The notes under the pieces: generated by a model
Told to the model about the DNA's origin: nothing
Databases searched by the model: none
Seen by the model: only the letters and a program-made list of their open reading frames with translations
Translations under genes and position numbers: made by a program
Shown here: positions 1-13,200 of the stretch, in pieces
How the letters are laid out: every line of letters begins with the position of its first letter
Position numbering within the stretch: the stretch's first letter is position 1
DNA from: Ptychomitrium polyphyllum
Lineage: Eukaryota
Direction of reading: 5' to 3'
Assembly (NCBI GenBank): GCA_973851085.1
Contig: OZ316775.1
Location: forward strand, 9,052,001-9,116,000
DNA length: 64,000 bases

Positions 1-1108
1 CGTCTCAGGGGTGCTGCCCTCTCTGCCACTGTAGCTGCTTGCTTCGTGAGCCTCATGATGTTTCGCAAAGATATTTGAGGGTGCGTGCTCATGTGGGTCT
101 ATGTGCGTCGAAGCGCTCAAGAGGTCCAGTTGTGCGGTCCTTGTGCTCCGCATGGTGGACTTCACTACTCGCATCCGATGATAACCTCGTTCGCTCGATG
201 AAGGCTCACTGTGTTGTTTCTTCTGTAGGTTTTTTCTTGGGAGATGTGTGATTGGGTTAGGTTCTGTTTTTATATTGGTTGCGGTTTAGGGTTTATTTTA
301 GTCGAAAAACCGGTAGTTGTTTGGTGGTCCTTGTTGGGGAGTTTGGTCCCAGCCCCTTTACCGTTTCCTTCGCAGGTATGTTTGTTACCTTGGCAAGCGT
401 ATCAACGCTGGAAGTGGCACATTGTGCTTGGCGAGTAGATCCTGATCAACCATTTCATTTTAGGTTTTTGCTAAAACGTCCATTTGATACTCATCCGCAC
501 ATTTACGGTTTTTTTCATGGTTTTTGGCATTGAGGGTTCGTATGTTTTGAATGAGTTATTGCATACTTCTGATGTGTGTTATCGATCGGCAGATCTGTAA
601 AATGCTGTCGAGCTGAATCTTAATCGTCGAAACTGTTTGTTTCGGGCTTATCTCTGCTGCAATCTTACATCGTCGTAAACATGTATATCGGGCAGAGTCC
701 ATTCGTTTTCTTCTCAAGCCCCACTCTAGGATATGCACAATCCAATCTCAAACTATAATCCAGACAAAAAAACCAAATAGATGGGTGTAAATGGCATATC
801 GTATCAGTCACTGAATTCAGAACTTAATCCAAGTTGAAATTGGAAAACAGGGTTCAACTACACTAGTCTTTAAAAAATACTCTTTAAAAAATACAGTTGT
901 CTGCAAACCACGAATAATTCGCAGTTTCTTCCGCATTTCTACGAGTCAATTACGTCATCTGGATCATATTTTCATAGTAACAAAGTATTGAACAAGTCTG
1001 GAACCGTGATGTACTCTATGTCTCTAATCTGTTGTATACCCCAACATTAGTAAAATTGCCAGTTTCTCAAATCTGCAATGATTTTGGTATTATGAAGAAC
1101 AGGCCAGG

Positions 1109-4100
1109 CTACCTATTCACAATATCCTCATACAAATCGTAACATGAGTATGCGACTTTTCCCAGTGGTCTTCTGACATGTGGCCTGCCATGCGTAGGAG
1201 ATCCGGAGCAGGACCTGGATCTCGAAGGCTGGGGGTCCTTCCGCTTGATTTCAGCTCTCTCCATTCGGAACACGAAGGCTTCCACAAAAAATGCTACCAC
1301 AACGTTGAGTGTAAACGCCACTGCTACAGCCCAGAAGATGACGAAGAAAACTCGAGACCAAGCAGTGCCTGTGACAACGACGTATGCATCCATGATGACA
1401 TACCAGTTGTTGACAATGCACAAGTTAAAGGAAGTCACCATGGCCGATGCGTAGTCGTTGTAGTTAAATGCATAGAGCCGGCCTGTGGCGTAATCTGTCT
1501 CTTCTAAGAGGCGGTTCCCCAAGTACACTGTCCCTCCGAATAGGTGCACTCCCAGGAGTGAGAAGAGAGTGCACACAGTGAACTGCAGGGCAAGAATTGG
1601 AGCTGTAGCTGGGATCAAGTGAACAACCGTCTGGGCCATGACATGCCAGCGTGAGACGAAAGCAATGAAACGGCAAATCCGAAGGCCTCGTACCAGGAAC
1701 AGGATAGATACCCTGCCAAAAATCTCATCGAGGTACAATGATCAGTGAATCATACCAGCACCTCATATGCATCTTATCAGCTCATTAGCATGCTCAAGGA
1801 ACACTGCGGTGAGAATATCAAAGATCTACTTCGGTTTTGCAGAGTTGAGAACCAAATTACCAGTGCTGCTCAACAAGATGGAAGAAGACAGCAATTTGAG
1901 TAACCATCGTTAAACATGTCATGAGAAAGTCAAATTGATTCAAAGATATGCGCCAATACTTGGTCCAGCCGTGAATGATACTTATTTTCACCAATACGTC
2001 CAGCACAAAAATCCACCCTGTAACCCCCAAGAGTAGTCAACGAGATACAAGTTGTTTCAATAACTTGTCTTTACAAGTGACTGTTGCCAAGAAGATGTCA
2101 ACCTCAGGGTACATACAAACTATAGAACCGATCTCCACTTCAATTGGATACTAGCATTCGATGATTGATAGAATACACGTGTAGCATTCTGACGTACCCA
2201 ATACGATCTCAGGAATCGCTAATTTGTTCTTGATATAGTTGGAGGTTATCTGGAACATAGATACACAACAAACTTTCAACCTACAATATGTCTTGAATAT
2301 CTAAAAATTAAAGCACTTCGTGTTTTGACATGTCAAAAATCATTCGAAAATTTGTAGAATTAGGCATCAGTACCAAGTCACAGAAACATACCTCACTCTC
2401 ACATATTGCGACCACTACAGAAGCTAGAGTAAGAGCCCAAATCATAAGATCGTAAACTGGTTCCGTAATAATCCTCCATTCAGCGATGACATGAAGTATC
2501 TCTCCAGTACTGCTTCGTATGACGTGGCGCTTGCAACGTTGACGTCCAATCTCAATGGCAATCACATCACACAGACTCTCAAACTCATCTTGCCATATTC
2601 TGAAGTCACCTCGCTTATCAAGAGCTAGAAACACTTCATGCGTGTTCTTGCTGAAATCAGGAATCTGACTGCAAGAAAGCAAACATTATGATTTGCATTT
2701 AAAAGCCCACGAGTTGTAAGAAAGTTATAAAAGCAGGAAAAAAATGAAACAGGAAGATATTCAAAGTATGACATTCAGAGAACCCAAATTTGGTGCAAAC
2801 ATACAAGATAAAATTGTCTATATAATAATACAACACAAAATGTGCAATTATTACAAGCATTAAACGAGATAAATCTAGTGTAGAGTACGACCATAACCTT
2901 GGCAATGAGTCCATAAAGAACTAGAAAACAAACCTGTAACTGCTCATAGCATGTAAAAGGGCAGTCATTGTAGCACCATCAATCCAGTTCTGTTGCCGTG
3001 AGTCCAACATGGTAAAGGCGGCTCTCAGGCATTGTTGGCGTGCTGTGGTCCGCTTCTCAACCTCAGTCGCCATCTCCACCATTCATCACACCACAACAGC
3101 TTACTTCCTGAACAAAAGTGTCAAAAGAAGAGAGAATCTATGCAAAGAAATACGAAAACTTTGGCTTAGTAACAACATCAAGATGACTTGTAAAAAAATT
3201 TCCATACCTGAGCCTTGTAGTTGCTATAGATCACCGTGAAGACAAGATTCATGAGGAAAAATAAGCCAACTACCAGGTACGTGAAGAAGAAGAAAAATGC
3301 CCGACGGTCTGCAGTGTAGGCGCCAGCCCAGACATTTGGATTGTTGGCAGTTGTAACGAGTACAAATAAATTAAGTAAAGCAGTCCGATAGTCTTCAAAC
3401 TCAGAGATAGCATCTCGAAATAGTACGGTCGCAATATATGCTGAGAGCAGTATAAATAACCCAAATAATACCTGGCAGCTACAGGCATTAGTCTCAACTT
3501 GGATATTCAGTCATGGAGGAAAACGTAGGAGCAAGGATCGTGTTTCTTTAGCGGCTACAAAAATTGAGTAGTATTACAGAAATAAGGCGCAGTGGAAAAG
3601 AGCGTACAGCAATGTCAGCAAAAGTGTGCACAATGCGTATGGTCATGCGAAAGCAGACTCGTAAAGATCTGCCAAGAAAAACTTATTCAAGTTACAATAA
3701 AATGCAGCAGAAGAAATTTATCATTTATAAATACAACCTACAATGTGAACGGTACTGAATTAAGAAGAAGCAACCGTTAAGTAAGCTATGACTTTCAAAT
3801 TAAATCTGAAGAAGGCTTGAACATTTTTACAATCAAGAAAAACCACTTTGAGAAATGGAAGTGCACTGACTTGATTATGTTATAAAAGAAAGAATTTAAT
3901 CAGAACATTACCTCGTGAAGACAACTGGTACGAGAACACGTAAGTACATGGACAGCCGAAAGGCATCTAATACGCTTGCAGCACTGGCCGCTGCACTGAT
4001 GATTAACGCAGTTAATAATATCACCTGAATCATGGAGAATAGATGGTAACCAATGATCAACGGAGTATGAAATATGAGGAAAAAAACTTCAGAAAAAAAT

Positions 4101-5550
4101 CAAGTCAAAGGATACTTGAGCTGGCTCTACAAAATAGGATAACTCGCTGTCATATTCTCAGAAAATTCTCCAAAGTTTTACTCAGTTAAGGATCACAAAA
4201 AAGTTAAGTGCAATAATTTTCTTCCAAAAGCGAGACAATTCATTTTGAAAGGAACGCACCTTGATGACCGCCGAATTATATCCCCAGAAACTTGAACCCA
4301 TGTAGTAGACTTGCAACGCAACGGAATACGTCAGCATAGCTAAACACAGACTCTGCAAAGAACTTATTCACTCAATTAGTATGAATTACACCAGTTAATC
4401 TTTGAATTCTTACACTACGATGGTGCGCACCAAAACTCTCAAAGATGAGTTGCACCGAATTCAAAGGTCAAGTGTACGCTGTCATTTCTGACCGTAAAAA
4501 ATGAGATGGATACTTCAATTTTAGAGTCTCGAACACAGCCCAAGTATGCATTAAAAATTTGACTGATAGAACAAACGAGCAATAGTGACATTAAGATTAT
4601 AGTCTAGCTATTATGATTTTATTTTATACCTCAACTAACAAGGATTGCCATCGTTCAATGTACGGAAGGCCGCTAAGTTGATACATAACCGGGTCTCCAC
4701 AAGGACATGACAGCTGTCCCTGACACCACACTGGGATCTGAAACATTCAAAGAAAGCCTTGTAAGAAAGAATCGGTTGATGAACTACGCATAAATTCCCC
4801 ATAGATCATTACTTGCGTACCACTTGCGTTCCAGAAACTCTCATCGACATACAGCAACCATCGATTTACACAGGATTAGGGAAAGCAATTTCACCCGCAG
4901 ATTCTTAAAACTTTATGTTCATCTCTATCTCACTTAAAATGCAATATTCAGAAAGAGCTTCTCCTCCCTGCAAGCACCGAATCCAAATTAGATTCATACT
5001 TGTAGACTACAATCACCACACTTGATAGAACGTCAATTACCTCAAAAAAGGGCAAAACCACCAGTGCAAATATGCAGATTGCCCTGGGTATGTAAAGTCT
5101 ATGGTAGAGAAGGAACGCTCGTTTGGCGCTCACAAAGTTCGTATGGTAAGTCATTTCAAGAGGCATCCAACGCCCCTGCATTGCCTGCAGAGAAGGTTAA
5201 CGGATTATTCCATCAATAAAACAAAGACTAACAAAAATCTCAAATACTCCACTACAAAGCGGAATCTCCAGCGAACTCATGTGCGCACAAGCGAAAGAGC
5301 ATGAGAATGTTTTGCAAACATAAAGCCCATTCCATAAGCTTGTGGTTAATACCTGCTCAACAAGTGCAGCAGCCATATGCACTGGTGCTTGAGCCTTAGA
5401 ATCATTGTGCTCTAAAATAGGTGAAACTTGTATAGTATCATCTTTGTCTTCGAGTTCAGTAAAGATGTCAGAGTCGCTGAGAAAGGGGCGTAGCAGGTCA
5501 TTCTTTTCAGATTTTATGACCTTGCCCTTCTTTCTCTCGTCCCAATTCAT
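1109..5550 (-). CDS. Two-pore cation channel (TPC family), multi-exon
   Basis: GT-AG exon chain: 5550-5353 (MNWDERK..AAALVEQ), 5184-5041 (..LPFFE), ~4739-4630 (IPVWCQGQLSCPC..LPYIE), ~4353-4261, ~4025-3912, ~3668-3610, ~3471-3208 (LFVLVTTANNPNVW..MNLVFTVIYSNYKAQ), 3073-~2934 (RAAFTMLDSRQQNWID), ~2670-2391 (LDKRGDFRIWQDEF), ~2249-2199, ~2017-1861, ~1713-1109 (RGLRICR S4; FNYNDYASAMVTSFNLCIVNNW; LNVVVAFFVEAF). Two 6-TM repeats joined by an EF-hand linker is the plant TPC architecture. Start ATG is inferred. Confidence 0.9.
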
Positions 5551-8500
5551 CTCAACTGTCGATTCCAACAGATCCAAACCTCTTGAATTATGGATCCAAA
5601 AAAAATTTGAAGGAGAGAAGGACCTCTGAAAATCCCATCCACACGGAAGTCGTGGCTATGCTCTCGTGGTTCATAGTTATGGGAACTCCGAAAAACTTTC
5701 AAGGGAATCAAAATTAGGGCAAGAGCATCAACTTGCGGAACAACCTGCTTGATCTTCAACCCATATCAACTCCCACATCGCTATCGTGATATAGGAATGC
5801 TTTTTGTACAGGTACACTCTTGAAAAGTACCATTTCAGGCTCTCAGCACTCATCAGAATAAAAAAGCAGCGAAATTCTTCCGACGGTGTAATCAACGATC
5901 ACAGAATGGCAGCTCTAAAGCCAATAAACCGCCACTCTGCAAAGCAACGAGCATGCAATTCACCATCATCAGCCGAAATCAATCCGAACATTTTTCCCAC
6001 CATACCCACTTCTCTGCAAATACACCTTCCAGCTCAGAAACAGAGCAACCAGCTTCTACAATCACAATACCAAACCAACCTCACTCAAACCACCGCAACA
6101 TGTATAAAATCCAAAAGGGGAAAAACTCAAAACTACAAGCGACAGTGTCACTTACATCCTCAAATCCCCACCTTGAACCCGAAAGCACCTGCTCCAGTAC
6201 AACCAACCCAGCAACAACCCAGTCACCAACCAGCTCTGGATCAATACAAAGTTACCACAAGTGCATACTGCTCTAGAGCTTGAAACGCGAGCTCTCATGG
6301 CCTGACCATGGCTGCAATGAGTAGTGACCAAAACAGGAAGTCTTAGAAGAATCCCACCCTGAGTTCAGGAAGACGAAGGATTGTGATGAGAATCCTATAA
6401 TGAACATGATCATGAGAGACTCGAAACAACGAGGGAAACGTTGTCCAGTCACCCCAGTGGCATGGCCATGATGATGATGGTTGTGCAAGAGGACCACCGT
6501 TGGGGGTGGCGACACAACACATGCCTAAAGCCTGGAGCACCTTTGGTGGTGGACTCTAGTCTGGTCCTAGCTCCACGGTTCCGGGTGCTCCCTCGGTTAT
6601 GGATCCGCCGCGTGACTCTGCTGCCTTTTTTATACAGTGAATCACACAGTGAAAGGACATAAGTGTCACACTTGAGGGGTTCGGTGCATAACATTGTTGA
6701 GGGGATGAAGTGCGAGGTTGAGTGCTGCAGGGGGAGCATGGGCTTCATAGTGTAAATTCATGCCCTGAGCTTTCAGCTTTAGTGTGGTTGGTAGGAGCTC
6801 TTCCCCCATCTAGAGGCTTGTTAGACTATTTTGAAGTAATCATCCTTCAGTTGTATTTTTATTTTTTTAGTCATTATTATGAATGTCTTTTTTTTAAGGT
6901 TCAATTCCTTCTTGAGAATTGTATTTTATTAAAATTTGAAGAAGTTTGTGCATCAAGTCACCAAACTAGACTTGTGTATTCATGCCCCTCCTTATTATTT
7001 CATGTTGATTTTCTACTTTTAAAGGTGAGAGCAAGCCGTTCCAAAACTTGAAGACTGCTATATTTATAAAAGGTGCAATTTAATGAATAACTTAAAGTAG
7101 TGTGATTGCTATTCCAACAATTTACTCTTTTGGCCATTCAAATTCACATATGTAAGAACCTATATCATGAAAAGTCCAATTTCAATTATTAAAATAAGTA
7201 TAAAGTTTTATGGTCCTTTTGTAAAATTATTGTTAACATACATGAATCCAAATGGCCAAATGAGTATTGTTAATATAATTGTAGCTTCATAATATTCTTT
7301 AGTAAGTCTATTGGTCAACATCAAACAAAGAAGTTGAACCTTAAATTGAAGACGATGCTGGTGTTGAATAATGGTTGTTCTCTGTTCTTGCTGATAAAAG
7401 CTAGACAAAAGCTAGTGATACCAAGTACTTTCCTCTTGGTTACTGGTCTTGTCTCAGCTGGTGATAGAATCTTTCACATACGACTTCTTGGAAGCATGTG
7501 AGACTGAATAATTTGCTGCGCTGGTTACACCATATCAAAGTGGATAGAGAACCTTTCCTGGTGCCAAGGGCCGTAAGTCGTAACCTCTTTTTAAACTCAG
7601 CTTGAATTTCCAAGTATGATTGTAGGCGCTCAACAACACAGATCGCGCTAGTTGGTACTGAGCGTCAAAGGCAGGGCAAAAGAACGTGGTCATTGTTGCT
7701 TGTAGTTAGAGTCCAATAAAGCTCAGACTATAGTCAGTAAAAGCAATCCAGAAAACCATAGGCGTGAATACAGGATCTAAGGTGGACACTATCCGAGTTT
7801 GTGTATTCAGGCTTTTTAGAAAACAACTGGTACAGACCTCCAATGTTATAAATCCTCTCGACCAAAAAGAAAAGTCGCCAACGTACCGGTTTAAAGATAC
7901 AAGCGACACCTTGAACAATATTTGCCGGGAACAATAGTACTTAAAGGTCTGAAGTCAGAGAAATAAATCACATTTAGTTAAAATGGGTGCATCGGCACAA
8001 GTATTCATTCGTTCCACACCACATGGGTGGGTTCGAAGCTCAGGAGCGCCACGAATGAAGCAAGATTGGGAAAAGAGCAGTAATGCGGTGTCTCTCTAAA
8101 CAATCCCCCACTTATTGCACCGAAACTGCCGCTATGGCTTTACGCATCTCTTGTTACCACCAATCCACCAAACCTACTTTTACATCATGCATGGCAGGTT
8201 GAGAGGAAATCCCTCTCTAACATCTTCAAGCCCTCCGAGGCTGCTAAGACGCGGAGCCTGTTGAATGCCTGCTCATTAATAAAAGGCTACTAGAGATGTT
8301 AAGTATGTATGCACCACTTGGAGATGGCATTAACTAAAAATTCTATGTTTTCTGAAAACAGGGACTATAGCTGAACATCATCCAGTTAATTACGCTGTCA
8401 AATCTATTGTATACGAACCCACTGCCTCGTCAAAGCATTGACCCATTATCCAAATACACAAATGTTTGTTTTCAAATTCTAAATAATATTCAAAGCAAAC

Positions 8501-8609
8501 CTAACCCAAAGTACTAATTAGAAAAGGAGTGCAGGATTCACCGCATATTTCACTACCTGATTCAACTTGTAAAACCAGAAGAGTAGAAAGAAGACTTACA
8601 CAAAATGAA

Positions 8610-9736
8610 TTACTGCAAGGTCTTGACATATTGATCTAAGGTTGCGTTGAAAAGCTCGCACCTGCAATTTCCAACAATTTCATTACACAACAAACAGAAA
8701 ACCACAATGTAGCAACCGATAGAATCACAATCTTTAAAAGCTCAATCGGGTCCATACTCTGTGCTTTCCTGTAGAAAATCCAGAACCAGCAAGCCTTTCT
8801 AAAACGCACATCGTACACAAGCGACAAACCCAAAAGGCAGAGTTCAGAACTCGTGGTGAAACGCCAGCATGATCTTATGAGTAATGTATGCATACAGGAT
8901 ATGTCACATGGTGTTCCTACAATAACTCAGAATAGAAAAAACGTAGAACACAGAACTTACTTGAAGGGTTGTCCAAGCGTGTACAGAGGATTCTTTACGA
9001 CATATTCCACATAGATATTGTTGTAGATGAATTTCAATGCCTCCCGAAGATCACCCATCCTGGGATCTGTAACCAATATCAGCTGCAAATATGACAGGAA
9101 AAGAAGGTGACTATTTCTATACCAATAGCAAATCCAGTTCATAAAATCAAACGCCAATAACTTACAGTAAGAAAAAGCCTCAGTAAATGCAAATTAAAAG
9201 GCATCGCATTAGAACGGGAACCAAATTGGGAATTGTGCATCTTTTCAATCAAAACCAGTCCGTCGTTCAGATAGTACTTAATTTCCAGAGAAAAAGTTGG
9301 AGCTTTCACATGGTAGACGATACAGAGCACACGCTTACCTTAATGCCGGATGGCGATTCCATGAAGCTGAGCTTGTAGGTGTTGGTGCGAAAGCTGTGAA
9401 ACGAACACCCTTGTCCGGGTAAGCTCGGTATCCCGAGGTTACCCTTGTTACCACTGCAGATCGCCAACACTAAGTCAACTTCAGTCGAGCTCATGACAAA
9501 ACGGCAAAGAGAAAGGAAACGAAGTGGTCGAGGAGAACCAAAAAAACCCACCCGACGGGATCCATCTTGGCCGTAAAGGACTTGAGGGAGAAGAGGAGCC
9601 CAAACATAAGCTTCTGGTCCTGCTGCTGGCTGAGCGTGGTGTGAGGTCGCAACCACACATGATAATGCAAGCAAACCCCATTCCGATTGAATATGTACAT
9701 GCATCGCATGCGCGAGGTGGGGACAAGCGCGGCCAT
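8610..9736 (-). CDS. BET5: Trafficking protein particle complex subunit 1 (BET5/TRAPPC1), 4 exons
   Basis: Spliced translation MAALVPTSRMRCMYIFNRNGVCL..KLMFGLLFSLKSFTAKMDPV / GNLGIPSLPGQGCSFHSFRTNTYKLSFMESPSGIK / LILVTDPRMGDLREALKFIYNNIYVEYVVKNPLY / CELFNATLDQYVKTLQ*. Matches the plant BET5 (sybindin-like) signature; intron phases are consistent. Confidence 0.93.
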
Positions 9737-9810
9737 CGCGAAGAGCAGGGGCGAAGGACGAAGATGATTTAAATTCGTCAACACATGAGGAGTCGGGTGC
9801 ACGAAACGCA

Positions 9811-9819
9811 AAACCCTAA
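9811..9819 (+). promoter_or_regulatory. Telo-box (AAACCCTAA) between the divergent BET5 and AP endonuclease genes
   Basis: Exact AAACCCTAA about 75 bp upstream of the BET5 ATG. Telo-boxes are common near transcription starts of plant housekeeping genes. Confidence 0.45.
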
Positions 9820-10257
9820 TAGACCCAATCAACCAGGGACGACAATGGAGCTATTGCGAAGAACTCCCCTTCTACGTCGACAGATCGCAGAATGAGGAAA
9901 AACAACAGAAAGGAATTAACGAACAGCAAAACAAACCAGCATTAATTGCTTCTGGCCACCCACTTCAATTTCTCGCCGACAAGTCGAAGGTTGATTCAGC
10001 CTCGCAGGTGCATCATTAGCTTGAGAAAACCCCGAACAACAAACGTAAACCCCCAAAAACACATCGTCATCATCCTCCTTTCTGAAGCTTCATTCATCCA
10101 CTGGGAATTACTGTAGCCCACTGTCCGGCCATGGCAACTCAATGCAGAGGAAGGCGACGAAGATGAAGAAGGAGAAACTCAGAGAGAATAAGTAGGGTGA
10201 AATTTCTGTGCCAGGAAGGCCTTGATTGTAGATGAGTCTGTTCCAAAGATTCACACA

Positions 10258-13200
10258 ATGCGAATCGTCTGTTGGAATGTGAACGGGTTGTACACCACCC
10301 TGAAAGATGCCGCTGCTCGTCACACATCTGCCTCAAATTACTTCGCCCAGGTTCTCAAGGCCGACATCGTGTGCTTTCAGGTATAGGTTTCGTGATTCGG
10401 GTACCTCTTTGGTTGTTTGTTGTGCCTTTGTTTGTATGCCCACTTTTTTGATTTCACAATTGGTATTACCTCTTTGATTGTTTGTTGTGCCTTAAACCCT
10501 GTGTTCATTAGCTTTGGTGCGAACGGTGCTGTGCATTCTGTGGGCGAGTATAGTTTGGAAGCCGCATGCTGTGATTGGAGTGGTCTGGCTACTGTTCGTC
10601 ATCAGTTTACAGTAAAAGGTGCTGCGTTGTCGATGTTAGTCTCCCGTGCTGCCTTCGCTGATGTTAGACCTGTCAAAGTGTTACGGAACTCGCATGCCTA
10701 GAGGGTCTTTTGTGATATAAGTTTGAGTTTGTGAGGATATATTCAATGTGGTTCTGTCGCTGCAGTTCTTTTTGTTTCCTTTTGTTTGGCAGTGCAAGAC
10801 CATTGATATTACTATAAGTTTCTTTTGTAGCGTTGGGAAAATTGATGATAGGAAAATGTATTCTTAATAGAGTCTTTGACCTATGAGCTGCAGGAGGCAA
10901 AGATTCAAGAGGAGAAATTAGAGAAATGGATGGCATGTGTGGAAGGCTATGACTCTCATTGGGCCTTCAGCCAAGTAAAGAAGGGTTACAGTGGTGAGAA
11001 AATGCCGTGAACTTCTCAACACTCGTCTCTTCTTGTTAAGTATCTCATGTGTTAACTGCTCCTGCAGCCACTCATATTCAATTTGGGTTGCTAATCGCTG
11101 TTTAATCCTTTTAGTTAGATGAGGAAAGGCATGAGGTAGTTATACTCTTGTGTCCATGTAGCTTAAAATGGACTGCAGTTGAGCTCAAAGATTAGTAACA
11201 CAACTGTGGTTGTCAGGAGTGGTGACATATGTCAAAGAAGAACGTTCACCACTGGATGCAAAGGCAGATTGGCTGGGAGAAAGTACTCTTTCTTCAACAG
11301 AGGATTTGTGCAAAGAAGGGCGGCTTATATGCACGGACCATGGAAGCTTTGTGCTTTTGAATGTGTATGTTCCCAATGCGGGTGACCATTACGAAGGTCG
11401 TCCACGTTTGGATTTTAAAATGCGATACTTGATTGCTCTTGAACACACATGTAAGTTGTACTTCTTGACTTTTTCAATTTTGCACCTCTATTAAGGAAAG
11501 GTACTCTTCTCGCTCCATAGCAAAGATTGCTGTTTCCAGATTCGTTAGTGTCGCTATTATGCTCAAACCTTGGTGTGTGAGTTTGTTCATGCAGGTGACC
11601 AGCTGGTGAGATCTGGCAAACATGTAGTGATAGTGGGAGATTTTAATATCGCACATAAAGACATCGATGTCCATGCTCGATGGAAGGTTGAAGAATGTTA
11701 TAGTCTAGGTGTGTAATCAGGTACCATTTTCTTATTATTTTCATACTTGTCGTTTTGTGAACAATATCTGGAGTATTTTAGTTCATTAAGAATCTTCAGC
11801 TCATGAACCTTCATAGATTTCTTAACATATTTAATCTATTAATAGTCTTGAGTCAATAGTACCTTTTTTTACAGACACTAACCTCAAATGGGACCAGATG
11901 AAGAGCTTCACTGTAGTCCTTGGAATTTTTAAACGTGTGAGCAGTGTCTCGACTTTTTTCTTTATGTGCAAGTAGCAACCATCTCGAGGGACAAACCTCA
12001 CGCTTTAATGTTTAATGATGTATTCTGTTACGATTTGTGTTTACAACTGCAGAAGAGAGAGAGTGGATCGATGGCTTTTTGTCGAAGTACGTTGATTTAT
12101 ATCGGCACTTCCATCCAGATGAAAAAGACGTTTACTCCGTCTGGAATCAGAAAACAGAAGCAAGAATTCATAATGAAGGATTTCGGTTAGAGCGGGCCAC
12201 TTTCCTATGTGTTGCCGTTGTCTGTTTAAAACCATATCCCTACAAGCGTTTAGCTAGTAATTTTAGCTTGATTGTACTTTCTACATGAGCATCAAATTCT
12301 CAACTTGGCACCTTATGCACTGAGCTGCATGCACTTAAGTTTGTAGTATAAGAATCTTACTCGGTATTTTCCTAGCTAATGCTACAAGGATAGGCGTCCA
12401 ATTATCGCGCAGTCTATCATGCTTCTTAAGAATTGTTGTTTTCTTTTGCATTAATTTGAGTATGCTATTTGTTTCAGGATAGACTATGCGATTTGTGACA
12501 AAGGCTTCTTGACGGAAGTTTTGGAGGCTGATATTGTAAAAATGCGAAAGCAATGGAGTGATCATGCTGCTGTAATGGTGGTACTCAAGGAGCAACCGAA
12601 CTTACCACCTCATCCAGCTCCAGCTTTGAGCTCTCGCAACATGAAACGGTTCAACGAAGATCCTCGACAGAAGAAGCTCACTGCACTCTTCAACAAAGGA
12701 CCCAAACGTCCACCCGCCGCTTTTGAGCCCCACAAAACACCGGAAGGTTTGCCTTCGTGACTATTCTTTGATTTCACCAGTGAATCCATTTATCTCAGTT
12801 TAATCAGAGGAACTGAGATCTCAAAGTAGATCAAAGTAGCCTTGCAATAGAATATTGAGTACATATCAAGAGGAAAAGGTGCTCATTTTCTAAAGATGTA
12901 TCATCGTTCTGCAGCAGTTATGAGCGAGGGGGTCAACTCGAAATTGGAGCTTGCATCAGCTTCAGTGAGCGATGTCGTAAACAGCAATCAGAAAGATATT
13001 ACCAAAGAACAAGAGCCTCTTGTTTGCGAAGAACATCCAAACTTGATCGAGCCAGCTGAGCCTTCAGGAACAACAGCTTTACTTTCAACAATCACTAAAT
13101 GTGATGAGGTGTTACATGTTTCCGATACCACCCAAGGACCACCTGAAAATGTGAACAAGTGTAGCAACAATGAAACAACGATCAGTAACTCAGAATCCTG

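Noticed and set aside
1..540. Short + strand ORFs at the window start
   Set aside because: No recognisable motifs; T/G-rich, intron- or UTR-like sequence belonging to a feature outside the window.
5804..6283. 159-aa and 107-aa Q/P/T/N-rich ORFs
   Set aside because: By-products of C/A strand bias, most likely antisense to a GT-rich 5'-UTR intron of the TPC gene; no domain motifs.
6273..6830. GC-richer segment with overlapping small ORFs, possibly a TE remnant
   Set aside because: No terminal repeats, PBS or protein motif could be identified; left unassigned.
8025..8050. GGTTCGAA (tRNA T-loop-like) and a partial miR390-like aagctcaggag
   Set aside because: No cloverleaf or precursor hairpin; short chance matches.
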